Source: Nemertoderma westbladi (Eukaryota > Animalia > Xenacoelomorpha). From it: DNA of 64,000 nt. The position numbers and the translations under genes are program-made. The stretch spans positions 1-64,000 of the forward strand of contig JAUCBJ010004054.1 of assembly GCA_032718475.1 (NCBI GenBank). The letters are read 5' to 3'. How positions within the stretch are numbered: the first letter of the stretch is position 1; each line of letters starts with the position of its first letter. This document shows, in pieces, positions 47,194-60,900 of the stretch. Below the pieces are notes generated by a model. It did not search any database and was not told the origin of the DNA. It was given only the letters and a program-made list of their open reading frames with translations.

Positions 47194-47907
47194 ATGGCAA
47201 ACATTTCTGTTGGTTCAGCCTCAAAGAGTTTATCGGGATTGATCGGCCCGTCGCTATTAAACAGCGATTTATCGCAACTAGCTACTGAGGCTGCTAGGAT
47301 GATTGATGCCGGCGCAGACTACCTTCATCTAGATGTGATGGACGGACACTTTGTACCGAATCTAACATTCGGTCACCCGGTCGTTAAATGTCTGCGTTCT
47401 AAGATTCCCAAATGCTACTTCGATATGCATATGATGGTTGACCGGCCGGAGCAGTGGGTGGAACCCATGGCCGACGCCGGGGCAGACCAGTACACATTCC
47501 ATTACGAGTCTACAGACAGTGTCGTCGTCCTCTCGCGGGCTATAAAAGAAGCGGGTATGATGGTTGGACTAGGAATTAAACCAAACACCCCTGTGGAGGT
47601 TATTGATGAGTTTATAGAATCCGTTGATGTTGTTCTTATAATGACGGTTGAACCAGGGTACGGGGGTCAGGCATTTATGACGGATATGTTGAATAAGGTC
47701 TCGTATCTCAGGAGGAACTACCCGTCGTTGGACGTCGAGGTAGACGGCGGAATTAGTCCGACTAACATATCGCTAGTCGCCGCCTCCGGAGCCAACATGA
47801 TCGTTTCCGGGTCCGCATTGATGCGGAGTGCCGAACCCGAACGGGACATTTTGGGTATGCGGGACGTTGTAACTGCTGAAATCAACCGAAGTAAATCCAC
47901 TTACTAG
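47194..47907 (+). CDS. RPE: Ribulose-phosphate 3-epimerase, intronless
   Basis: GPSLLNSD, HLDVMDGHFVPNLTFG, DMHMMV, TFHYE, MTVEPGYGGQ, EVDGG, GANMIVSGS. Confidence 0.96.
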   Translation: MANISVGSASKSLSGLIGPSLLNSDLSQLATEAARMIDAGADYLHLDVMDGHFVPNLTFGHPVVKCLRSKIPKCYFDMHMMVDRPEQWVEPMADAGADQYTFHYESTDSVVVLSRAIKEAGMMVGLGIKPNTPVEVIDEFIESVDVVLIMTVEPGYGGQAFMTDMLNKVSYLRRNYPSLDVEVDGGISPTNISLVAASGANMIVSGSALMRSAEPERDILGMRDVVTAEINRSKSTY

Positions 47908-48888
47908 TCGGAACGTACTCACTAGTCGGAACGTACTCACTAGTCGGAGCGTATCACTAGTCGGAATGTACTCACTAGTCGGAACGTACTCAATAGTCGG
48001 AACGCCGTCGCTAGTCGGAACGTACTCACTAGTCGGAACGTACTCACTAGTCGGAACGCCGTCACTAGTCGGAACGTACTCAATAGTCGGAACGTACTTA
48101 CTAGTCGGAACGTACTTACTAGTCGGAACGTACTCACTAGTCGGAACGCCGTCACTAGTCGGAACGTACTCACGAGTCGGAACGTACTCACTAGTCGGAA
48201 CGCCGTCACTAATCGGAACGTACTTACTAGTCGGAACGTACTCACCTGTCGGAACGCCATCACTAGTCGGAACGTACTCACTAGTGGGAACGTACTCACT
48301 AGAGGGAACGTACTCACTAGTCGGAACGCCATCACTAACGGAACGTACTCACTAGTCGGATCGCCATCACTAGTTGGGACGTACTCACTAGTCGGAACGC
48401 CATCACTAGTCGGAACGTACTCACTAGTCGGAATGTACTCACTAGTCGGAACGTACTCACTAGTCGGAATGTACTCACGAGTTGGAACGTGCTCACTAGT
48501 CGAAACGTTCTCACTAGTCGGAACGCCATCACTAGTCGGAACGTACTCAACTAGTCGGAACGTACTCACTAGTCGGAACGTACTCACTAGTCGGAACGCC
48601 GTCACTAGTCGGAACGTACTCACTAGTCGGAACGCCGTCACTAGTCGGAACGTACTCACTAGTCGAAATGTACTCGCAAGTCGGAACGTCCTCACTAGTC
48701 GGAACGTACTCACTAGTCGGAACGTACTCACTAGTGGGAACGTACTCACTAGTCGGAACGTACTCACTAGTCGGAACGCCATCACTAGTCGGAACGTACT
48801 TACTAGTCGGAACGTACTCACTAGTCGGAATGTACGCACTAGTCGGAATGTACTCACTAGTCGGAACGTACTCATGGAACGTACTCCC
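47903..48888 (+). repeat. 18-bp minisatellite (ACTAGTCGGAACGTACTC)n, about 54 units
   Basis: Begins across the RPE stop codon; variant unit ACTAGTCGGAACGCCGTC. Confidence 0.97.
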
Positions 48889-49431
48889 TAGATCGCGCTC
48901 ATTAATTCGCGCAGTCATGTAAACTCGTGGAAAACGGGATAACTTGTGGTTAACTTGTGGTTAAATGTTCTGCTTGTAAAAAGTGCCAAAACATAATAAT
49001 TAATTGTCGTTTGTAAGATAATTTTTTAACGTCCATCAGCTGAACTGATTTTAAATTATTATTAATAATTAATATGTACTGCTAGTGCCTGGTGCTACAG
49101 TAGGTTAATATTAACTATATACGTTATTGTTCATAAAATAGCACTTTATAGCTTTACGGCACGGGTGATTTTGTAACAAAACGAGGGCCGTAAAAGCTTT
49201 TATTCCAAAATTGTAACATTACTCAACGCCGTTAGTATTAACAGCGAGTTGTTATTTAGCACTTTACAACTTTAGAGGACATTACAGCATAGCATTGTAT
49301 TGGCCTAATGGCTCCAAACGCCACCATAAATATAAGCTAACTTATTTATAACACAATTTATGTAATTTTTACATTTATTTATATACTGCAACTAATATAA
49401 TTTATGCAGTTTCTATCACTTGTAATGTATT

Positions 49432-52040
49432 CACTACTACTACTGGGTCGAGCGAACTCGGACAGTGGAAATGAGATCCTTCCAGGCTTCCCGATTCTCC
49501 ATAGTTGTCGCAATTTCGTTTCAACCAAGTTCAGTATCCCTTTCAAGTTGATCTATATAAGTTATGGCTGGTCTTCCACGACTACGCTTTCCATGAGTTG
49601 GTTGCCAGAGAAGTAGATCTGGTATGACCTCGTCTTTACTTCGCCAGCAGTGCCCACTGAATCTTAATCTGCGTTCACGGAGGGTGGTTGATACAGGTGG
49701 TATTGTACCAAGAAGCTCGGCATTTGTCATGTGTTGTCTCCAGCTGATGTTTGGGCTGCCCTTAGTAGTCGTGTGTAGCAACCATCAATTCGTTGTTCAA
49801 GTGATTTAGTCAGTGTCCAGGTTTCACCCCCGTATAAAAATACACTTTCCACTGTGGCTCGAAAGAACTTAGTCTTCAGGTGCCTGGAGAGATCTGATTT
49901 CCAGATGGTATCCATTTTTGATAGAGCTACCCTAGCCTTTGCTTTCCTAACTTCTATGTCCTTTTTGCTACTCTCTATCCATGATCCAAGGTACTGGAAG
50001 TCATCGACCTTCCTTAGTTGATTATTATCAATTATTATCAAGTTTCCATCAACATTAAAGGTCATGAATTCGGTCTTTGTAGTATTTATATGCAATCCAA
50101 CCTCCTTAGCAGCCCTCTCCACTTTATTTAGTAGAAGCTGTACATCTGCTAGCGTATTAGAGAGCAGGGCGATGTCATCCGCAAAGTCGGTGTCTGTGAC
50201 TGTAGTTGCCGGATATCTACTACTTTCTGCGTTCTTGAAGTGTGAATCCCAGATCTTCACCCTTTGTGGCCGTCCTCATTGCGTAATCCAGTACAATTAC
50301 AAATAGTAATGGTGCTAATGTGTCACCTTGCAGTACGCCAGCCAGGATTGAGAAAAACTCAGTTTCACCATCTGGTGAGAGTACCTGCGCTTCTGTGTCA
50401 CAATATAACAATCCAATATATATAATATATCCTATATATAATCATTTTATTGTATATGTTGGCAGCTACCACAAGCAGACAGATCCCACGATAGTTTGTT
50501 GGTATACCGAGGTCTCATTTCTTGGGGAGAGGCTTTAGTTGACCTTTACTTTAGTCCAAATCCGGTTGCAAACATTCAATAATGGTCTGTTTAGCACTCC
50601 TGTTTTCCATACCTCCGCTGGGATTTCATCTAATCCACTCGCTTTATTATTGGACATGCTTTTCATGCTTCTTTGGAGTTCGGCAGGTGTGAAGTCCCCT
50701 GTTTCTATATATTTTCCTTGTAGGGCTGACCTCGATGTTTGGTAGTTGCCCAAGCAAGTTGCTGAAGTGATTTTTCCACTTCCCAACACGTTCTTCAGGA
50801 CTATCGGCGTTGAGGCGCCCCTTTGCACAACTTTTCCGACCAGATACCTAATTTACAGTTTGCCAGGTAAGTCTTGATTGTTGCTGTATGTGAGCAGTTG
50901 TAATTGCTTCAATTTTATCCTGTATGTACTTTTCCTGGCTGATGTTGTAGGCCAATTTAAGATCATCCTTAGCTTTCTCAACCTTGTTAATGTTTTTGGT
51001 TGTTGGTTGTTCGGTTTTAACTTTGTAGGCTATCTTAAGATCTTCTCTCTTACAAGTAACCTCAGAGTTTTGCCATGGCACATACTGTTTTCGTTTGGGT
51101 TTCTGGGGGATATGCCTCTTAGCTGATTCCTTGTGGGCTGTTATTATATTCTGGTATATTGAATCGGTGGAGTGGTCTTCATCCATTGACTGAAGTGAAG
51201 TGCTTCAAAGCGGTTTTGAACTTCTACTGTGTAGTAAGCATCCTTTACTGCATTACTACTACTACTAGGATCGGCATGCTGCATTGCAGCTGCATTTTTA
51301 AGAATACTGTGCCGGCTTTACTGCATTGTCAGTTTTGAGTTTCTCCCAGTCATAGTTGATTTGCTTGCTTGTCCTGGGTTTGCTGGCTCTCAAACTGTGT
51401 TTGATCTCTGCAGTCACAATTCTGTGGTCCGAACCAATTAGGTTGAACGAGCTGTATGCCTCGCAGTTGATCATGCGGTTTCTCCACTTTTTGTTTATAA
51501 GGATGTAATCCAGTTGTGCTTTGGTTCCATTAGGGTGTTGAAAGGTCCATAGCTTCCCCTTACTCTTTTCGAATAATGTTGTTTGTTGGTATCAATTCAC
51601 ATTCTTCCATTAGGTCTAAAAGTAAGTACCCATTTCTGTTAGAACTGGTGTTATAGGTGTAACCCTTGACCCTTGATGTCTTCTGGGCCAATTTGCGCAT
51701 TCAGGTCACCAGCAATGACTTTAACATTGTGTTTCGGAATGTCCTTTATAAGTCCAGTCAGTTCTTCATAAAACTTGACTGCTTGTTCTGGCTCTGATGC
51801 ATTGGTTGGACTGTAGCAACATATAACTGTTGTCTTGGGATTCCCATCAAATGTTGCGATCATAACCCTGGAATTTATAGATTCGATGTTGTTTAGGGTC
51901 ATAAGTGCAAATGGGCTTAGCAGAGTTCCTACTCCACCAATTGATGCATTGGCCGAGTTTCTTACTGCTGAGCTTGTTACTAACGTCCATCCATTTCCAA
52001 TGTCATTGTACTTCATGGCAGTGTCTTCATTGGGCGACAA
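49432..52040 (-). mobile_element. RTE-clade LINE, 5'-truncated and degenerate, with a (TAG)n 3' tail
   Basis: GGVG, CYSPTN, GDLNA, QLDYIL, SDHR, GVLQGDTLAP, DFADD, YLGS, RRLRFSGHCWR, GRPAITYIDQL; tail CCCAGTAGTAGTAGTGA. Confidence 0.92.
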
Positions 52041-53052
52041 CCGAGCCGGTATTTCTCCTGGAGGGTTCTCATACTCATCTTTCAGTTGCGAGAGTAAACC
52101 GCTTGTGGTCGCAACTCCTACAAGCGTCTTCGCAGTAGGTCGCCGTTGCTTGATTACCTTCCGCCGAGGCGTCCGCCGGGGCGTCTATCATCTCTATTGC
52201 AGATGCGTATCAAGCCTTTGCCTCCAATGGTGCCCAAGGCGCTATAGCCCTCAATGACTTATTTAGTTGACGGGGCTAAAACCAACCCCCTCTTGATCAA
52301 CTAAATAATGAATAGTCTACTGGCGCTTATCGGGCCTGCCCTACTGGGCTGACAGTTATGTCAGTTGACAGTTATTTTTTTGTTGACTGGCTACTGGCAG
52401 GCAATAACGGAGATGCAATTTTATTTTTTGACCCCTGGTCATCAGACGTATGTATCACCATTTTATTAAACGAATGTTTCAATTTTACAATACAATACTA
52501 TGCCTATTAACACAGCGCAACAATATTGAATACAATTCATCTAGTCTTATAAAGTAGTCAGTTTTAATATTTAAAGTGATCTGTTATGACTTCGAGTTTT
52601 CCATTTCTGTCACTCAGAAATTACCCGGGTAATACTAATTTAGTGAAATGGTTTTCATCAGAACAGCATACATGGATTTCTAGAATATTAATTTATACCC
52701 GGACTGGAAACTGTATTATCGCGAATACCAGATGAGGCCTACTTTCTGATATTTTCTAGCAGTGATTGATTTTAGGATGTTACATATTTGGAATCCTTGT
52801 AACGTAAGCTTTCTAATATAATAATATACAGTAAATAAATTACGACCAATATTAAGAATGGCCACGATGCGGAGGGTGCGATTTCGCAAAAACACTTATT
52901 TAAATTAAAACGCTTATAACTTGTTTTTTTGGCAAAATCGAAAATTCCGGCTTCATGGTAACAAAACAACCACGTTGAGTTGAAATAGTTGCGTTTCAAA
53001 TTTCAGCAATATGATAAAGGGGGAGGGGGGTTGGAGTATACTATGTATAGAT

Positions 53053-53255
53053 CATATCCGTACCGACCTGACCGATATGATATGATATAAGTATGAAATA
53101 CCCTATGTTATTGAGATAATGTATATTGTTTTGGTTAGAAAAGCCCAGCACTGTAACCTGCTCCTTTCCGTTAATTAAGTAATGGAGATTAGTTTATTGT
53201 TTTGGTTAGAAAACACCACCACTGTAACACCATCGGTCAGGTCGGTACGCATATG
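53053..53255. mobile_element. MITE-like element with 24-bp inverted ends
   Basis: CATATCCGTACCGACCTGACCGAT versus ATCGGTCAGGTCGGTACGCATATG (1 mismatch); internal direct repeat TATTGTTTTGGTTAGAAAA x2; no clear TSD. Confidence 0.6.
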
Positions 53256-53602
53256 AACGATAACCCAAACAGTTAAAATTAGCCAGAACTACTGCTTTAT
53301 TGTAATACCAGAATACCGGTAAAAGAGAAGACAACCAAACGCGTTTAAGAAGTTAATGAGGAGAGGTTTACTACAGTGAGACAGTATTAAAGTAGTTAAG
53401 ACTGTAAGAAGATACCGGCTGACCGGTAACTGGGTAACGTACAAACCACTACTGCACTAGGCAGCTACTGAGCTAGGTCTACAGCTACAGCGCTACAGTT
53501 AGGCCTACAACCCAGCAACCGTCACTCGTCACACAATCTCACATTACTGCGAACGTCTAAAACGTCTGAACGTGCGAAATTAGTTGCGAAGTTTGATTGA
53601 CT

Positions 53603-53780
53603 ATGACCAGTACCGGTATCACTATCGCCGTTTCTATTTGCTTGTATTTCACAACGGTAGCCGCTATCGGGGAAATTATTTACGCGATCAACGCCGGTGG
53701 ACTGGCGCACGTGGATGAGTACGGCGTCCGATACCGGTCGGATCCGCTGGAGGGCCAAATCGGGGTCGCATCAGATTACG
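53603..53780 (+). CDS. MLEC: Malectin exon 1 (signal peptide and start of the malectin domain)
   Basis: [20 protein letters not shown]...G.ASDYG; donor G|GTGAGT. Confidence 0.9.
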
Positions 53781-54375
53781 GTGAGTCCATCCATCGTTCT
53801 ACCCCTGTATCTCGCTGTCACTGTCAGCGTGTGCTGTGTGATTGTGAATAATATGTAATTGTGTATTTTGTATTTCTCAATTGTATACCGGGGCGGTATA
53901 CCGTACTGTATACTGGCACTGGTATACAGTTATATATGCCTATGCCCTGACACCATCACTGTCACTGTATCATCGTATAGACTAATAAATAAGGTTAATA
54001 CAGAAAATAACTAGGCCTATCTACCTATGCTATATTGCTATAGTATTCATAAGATAAGGCAGGTTGGCATTGGAATCTCCAAAAATAATACCTGTGGGTG
54101 TGGGGTGGGTACAAGTACAGCACTCAACACAGCCGCCTTTAATCTACTACCGGTGAAGGAAATGGAAAGGCCAAGGTTTATCCCGACTGAAGCTCTTATT
54201 ATTATTTTTATTGTATGTCCTCCTTCCAAAACCAAGTATCACCCTGTATAAACCATTACGCATTGCTGCATTGGTACTGATGGCGTGCTGTTCTATATAT
54301 ATTATAAGAATCCCTTAGTGTTTTGGTTATAGCGACCTCGAGATATTATTATCTAGTTAACCTGGTATTATTTAG

Positions 54376-54542
54376 GGCGACAACTGATGATCAGCCGAGT
54401 CTCCCCCCAGGACCAGATCCTGTACCAGACGGAACGCTACCACCACGACTCATTCAGTTACGATATCCCGGTCCCGGATTCCGGTCGATACGTTCTCGTA
54501 CTAAAGTTCTCCGAGGTTTACTTTAGTAACAGCCGTCAAAAG
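54376..54542 (+). CDS. MLEC: Malectin exon 2
   Basis: TTTAG acceptor; [19 protein letters not shown]...[13 protein letters not shown]; donor AAG|GTTGGT; 178+167 nt keeps the frame. Confidence 0.93.
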
Positions 54543-54900
54543 GTTGGTGTTTATTAGTCGGTAAAAACCGACAAAAATAACCGACAGGAAATAGGTAGAA
54601 GTCGGTTAATAAATAAAATATTAAATAGTAAATAGTAACGGGGCTGCATGCAACTTCCGGGTATCCAGTTAATATTTTTCTCTGTTTTACGCCTCGCAGC
54701 AGAATAACTAGCTAATGTTTTACTTCCGGGTCTGTCAGTCTTTCTCCCTTCGGTTAAACTTTGTTTAACTTTTAGGTTTTCGATATAGTTATAAACGGGC
54801 AGCACACTGTAGTTCGGGAACTCGATGTATTCGATAAAGTTGGACGGGGAACGGCCCACGACGAATACATTCCCTTTATAGTCACTAAGGTTAGATCTAT

Positions 54901-57900
54901 GTTACTGTACCCACGTCCTTTATAGACTCAGTACCAACATACAACTGGTACCGTTACTGTACCCACGTCCTTTATAGACTCAGTACCAACATACAACTGG
55001 TGCCGTTACTGTACCCACGTCCTTTATAGACTCAGTACCAACATACAACTGGTACCGTTACTGTACCCACGTCCTTTATAGACTCAGTACCAACATACAA
55101 CTGGTACCGTTACTGTACCCACGTCCTTTATATTATAGACTCAGTACCAACATACAACTGGTACCGTTACTGTACCCACGTCCTTTATATTATAGACTCA
55201 GTACCAACATACAACTGGTGCCGTTACTGTACCCACGTCCTTTATATTATAGACTCAGTACCAACATACAACTGGTACCGTTACTGTACCCACGTCCTTT
55301 ATATTATAGACTCAGTACCAACATACAACTGGTACCGTTACTGTACCCACGTCCTTTATATTATAGACTCAGTACCAACATACAACTGGTACCGTTACTG
55401 TACCCACGTCCTTTATAGACTCAGTACCAACATACAACTGGTACCGTTACTGTACCCACGTCCTTTATATTATAGACTCAGTACCAACATACAACTGGTG
55501 CCGTTACTGTACCCACGTCCTTTATATTATAGACTCAGTACCAACATACAACTGGTACCGTTACTGTACCCACGTCCTTTATATTATAGACTCAGTACCA
55601 ACATACAACTGGTACCGTTACTGTACCCACGTCCTTTATATTATAGACTCAGTACCAACATACAACTGGTGCCGTTACTGTACCCACGTCCTTTATATTA
55701 TAGACTCAGTACCAACATACAACTGGTACCGTTACTGTACCCACGTCCTTTATATTATAGACTCAGTACCAACATACAACTGGTACCGTTACTGTACCCA
55801 CGTCCTTTATATTATAGACTCAGTACCAACATACAACTGGTACCGTTACTGTACCCACGTCCTTTATAGACTCAGTACCAACATACAACTGGTACCGTTA
55901 CTGTACCCACGTCCTTTATATTATAGACTCAGTACCAACATACAACTGGTGCCGTTACTGTACCCACGTCCTTTATATTATAGACTCAGTACCAACATAC
56001 AACTGGTACCGTTACTGTACCCACGTCCTTTATATTATAGACTCAGTACCAACATACAACTGGTACCGTTACTGTACCCACGTCCTTTATATTATAGACT
56101 CAGTACCAACATACAACTGGTGCCGTTACTGTACCCACGTCCTTTATATTATAGACTCAGTACCAACATACAACTGGTACCGTTACTGTACCCACGTCCT
56201 TTATAGACTCAGTACCAACATACAACTGGTGCCGTTACTGTACCCACGTCCTTTATATTATAGACTCAGTACCAACATACAACTGGTACCGTTACTGTAC
56301 CCACGTCCTTTATATTATAGACTCAGTACCAACATACAACTGGTACCGTTACTGTACCCACGTCCTTTATATTATAGACTCAGTACCAACATACAACTGG
56401 TACCGTTACTGTACCCACGTCCTTTATATTATAGACTCAGTACCAACATACAACTGGTACCGTTACTGTACCCACGTCCTTTATATTATAGACTCAGTAC
56501 CAACATACAACTGGTACCGTTACTGTACCCACGTCCTTTATAGACTCAGTACCAACATACAACTGGTACCGTTACTGTACCCACGTCCTTTATATTATAG
56601 ACTCAGTACCAACATACAACTGGTACCGTTACTGTACCCACGTCCTTTATATTATAGACTCAGTACCAACATACAACTGGTGCCGTTACTGTACCCACGT
56701 CCTTTATATTATAGACTCAGTACCAACATACAACTGGTACCGTTACTGTACCCACGTCCTTTATATTATAGACTCAGTACCAACATACAACTGGTACCGT
56801 TACTGTACCCACGTCCTTTATAGACTCAGTACCAACATACAACTGGTACCGTTACTGTACCCACGTCCTTTATAGACTCAGTACCAACATACAACTGGTA
56901 CCGTTACTGTACCCACGTCCTTTATAGACTCAGTACCAACATACAACTGGTACCGTTACTGTACCCACGTCCTTTATAGACTCAGTACCAACATACAACT
57001 GGTACCGTTACTGTACCCACGTCCTTTATAGACTCAGTACCAACATACAACTGGTACCGTTACTGTACCCACGTCCTTTATATTATAGACTCAGTACCAA
57101 CATACAACTGGTACCGTTACTGTACCCACGTCCTTTATATTATAGACTCAGTACCAACATACAACTGGTACCGTTACTGTACCCACGTCCTTTATATTAT
57201 AGACTCAGTACCAACATACAACTGGTACCGTTACTGTACCCACGTCCTTTATATTATAGACTCAGTACCAACATACAACTGGTACCGTTACTGTACCCAC
57301 GTCCTTTATATTATAGACTCAGTACCAACATACAACTGGTACCGTTACTGTACCCACGTCCTTTATATTATAGACTCAGTACCAACATACAACTGGTACC
57401 GTTACTGTACCCACGTCCTTTATATTATAGACTCAGTACCAACATACAACTGGTACCGTTACTGTACCCACGTCCTTTATATTATAGACTCAGTACCAAC
57501 ATACAACTGGTACCGTTACTGTACCCACGTCCTTTATATTATAGACTCAGTACCAACATACAACTGGTACCGTTACTGTACCCACGTCCTTTATATTATA
57601 GACTCAGTACCAACATACAACTGGTACCGTTACTGTACCCACGTCCTTTATAGACTCAGTACCAACATACAACTGGTACCGTTACTGTACCCACGTCCTT
57701 TATAGACTCAGTACCAACATACAACTGGTACCGTTACTGTACCCACGTCCTTTATATTATAGACTCAGTACCAACATACAACTGGTACCGTTACTGTACC
57801 CACGTCCTTTATAGACTCAGTACCAACATACAACTGGTACCGTTACTGTACCCACGTCCTTTATATTATAGACTCAGTACCAACATACAACTGGTACCGT

Positions 57901-60900
57901 TACTGTACCCACGTCCTTTATATTATAGACTCAGTACCAACATACAACTGGTACCGTTACTGTACCCACGTCCTTTATATTATAGACTCAGTACCAACAT
58001 ACAACTGGTACCGTTACTGTACCCACGTCCTTTATAGACTCAGTACCAACATACAACTGGTACCGTTACTGTACCCACGTCCTTTATATTATAGACTCAG
58101 TACCAACATACAACTGGTACCGTTACTGTACCCACGTCCTTTATATTATAGACTCAGTACCAACATACAACTGGTACCGTTACTGTACCCACGTCCTTTA
58201 TATTATAGACTCAGTACCAACATACAACTGGTACCGTTACTGTACCCACGTCCTTTTTTATAGACTCAGTACCAACATACAACTGGTACCGTTACTGTAC
58301 CCACGTCCTTTATATTATAGACTCAGTACCAACATACAACTGGTACCGTTACTGTACCCACGTCCTTTATATTATAGACTCAGTACCAACATACAACTGG
58401 TACCGTTACTGTACCCACGTCCTTTATATTATAGACTCAGTACCAACATACAACTGGTACCGTTACTGTACCCACGTCCTTTATAGACTCAGTACCAACA
58501 TACAACTGGTACCGTTACTGTACCCACGTCCTTTATATTATAGACTCAGTACCAACATACAACTGGTACCGTTACTGTACCCACGTCCTTTATAGACTCA
58601 GTACCAACATACAACTGGTACCGTTACTGTACCCACGTCCTTATATTATAGACTCAGTACCAACATACAACTGGTACCGTTACTGTACCCACGTCCTTTA
58701 TATTATAGACTCAGTACCAACATACAACTGGTACCGTTACTGTACCCACGTCCTTTATATTATAGACTCAGTACCAACATACAACTGGTACCGTTACTGT
58801 ACCCACGTCCTTTATAGACTCAGTACCAACATACAACTGGTACCGTTACTGTACCCACGTCCTTTATAGACTCAGTACCAACATACAACTGGTACCGTTA
58901 CTGTACCCACGTCCTTTATATTATAGACTCAGTACCAACATACAACTGGTACCGTTACTGTACCCACGTCCTTTATAGACTCAGTACCAACATACAACTG
59001 GTACCGTTACTGTACCCACGTCCTTTATAGACTCAGTACCAACATACAACTGGTACCGTTACTGTACCCACGTCCTTTATATTATAGACTCAGTACCAAC
59101 ATACAACTGGTACCGTTACTGTACCCACGTCCTTTATAGACTCAGTACCAACATACAACTGGTACCGTTACTGTACCCACGTCCTTTATAGACTCAGTAC
59201 CAACATACAACTGGTACCGTTACTGTACCCACGTCCTTTATAGACTCAGTACCAACATACAACTGGTACCGTTACTGTACCCACGTCCTTTATAGACTCA
59301 GTACCAACATACAACTGGTACCGTTACTGTACCCACGTCCTTTATAGACTCAGTACCAACATACAACTGGTACCGTTACTGTACCCACGTCCTTTATTAT
59401 AGACTCAGTACCAACATACAACTGGTACCGTTACTGTACCCACGTCCTTTATAGACTCAGTACCAACATACAACTGGTACCGTTACTGTACCCACGTCCT
59501 TTATAGACTCAGTACCAACATACAACTGGTACCGTTACTGTACCCACGTCCTTTATAGACTCAGTACCAACATACAACTGGTACCGTTACTGTACCCACG
59601 TCCTTTTTTATAGACTCAGTACCAACATACAACTGGTACCGTTACTGTACCCACGTCCTTTATAGACTCAGTACCAACATACAACTGGTACCGTTACTGT
59701 ACCCACGTCCTTTATAGACTCAGTACCAACATACAACTGGTACCGTTACTGTACCCACGTCCTTTATAGACTCAGTACCAACATACAACTGGTACCGTTA
59801 CTGTACCCACGTCCTTTATAGACTCAGTACCAACATACAACTGGTACCGTTACTGTACCCACGTCCTTTATAGACTCAGTACCAACATACAACTGGTACC
59901 GTTACTGTACCCACGTCCTTTATAGACTCAGTACCAACATACAACTGGTACCGTTACTGTACCCACGTCCTTTATTATAGACTCAGTACCAACATACAAC
60001 TGGTACCGTTACTGTACCCACGTCCTTTATAGACTCAGTACCAACATACAACTGGTACCGTTACTGTACCCACGTCCTTTATATTATAGACTCAGTACCA
60101 ACATACAACTGGTACCGTTACTGTACCCACGTCCTTTATAGACTCAGTACCAACATACAACTGGTACCGTTACTGTACCCACGTCCTTTATATTATAGAC
60201 TCAGTACCAACATACAACTGGTACCGTTACTGTACCCACGTCCTTTATAGACTCAGTACCAACATACAACTGGTACCGTTACTGTACCCACGTCCTTTAT
60301 AGACTCAGTACCAACATACAACTGGTACCGTTACTGTACCCACGTCCTTTATATTATAGACTCAGTACCAACATACAACTGGTACCGTTACTGTACCCAC
60401 GTCCTTTATAGACTCAGTACCAACATACAACTGGTACCGTTACTGTACCCACGTCCTTTATATTATAGACTCAGTACCAACATACAACTGGTACCGTTAC
60501 TGTACCCACGTCCTTTATATAGACTCAGTACCAACATACAACTGGTACCGTTACTGTACCCACGTCCTTTATATTATAGACTCAGTACCAACATACAACT
60601 GGTACCGTTACTGTACCCACGTCCTTTATATTATAGACTCAGTACCAACATACAACTGGTACCGTTACTGTACCCACGTCCTTTATTATAGACTCAGTAC
60701 CAACATACAACTGGTACCGTTACTGTACCCACGTCCTTTTATAGACTCAGTACCAACATACAACTGGTACCGTTACTGTACCCACGTCCTTTATATTATA
60801 GACTCAGTACCAACATACAACTGGTACCGTTACTGTACCCACGTCCTTTATAGACTCAGTACCAACATACAACTGGTACCGTTACTGTACCCACGTCCTT

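Noticed and set aside
47940-48922. Repetitive ORFs on both strands (STFRLV, VGTYSL)
   Set aside because: Artefacts of an 18-bp repeat whose period is a multiple of three.
55218-56543. PLLYPRPLYYRLSTNIQLV ORFs
   Set aside because: Runs of 57-bp units broken by each 52-bp unit; this is intronic satellite.
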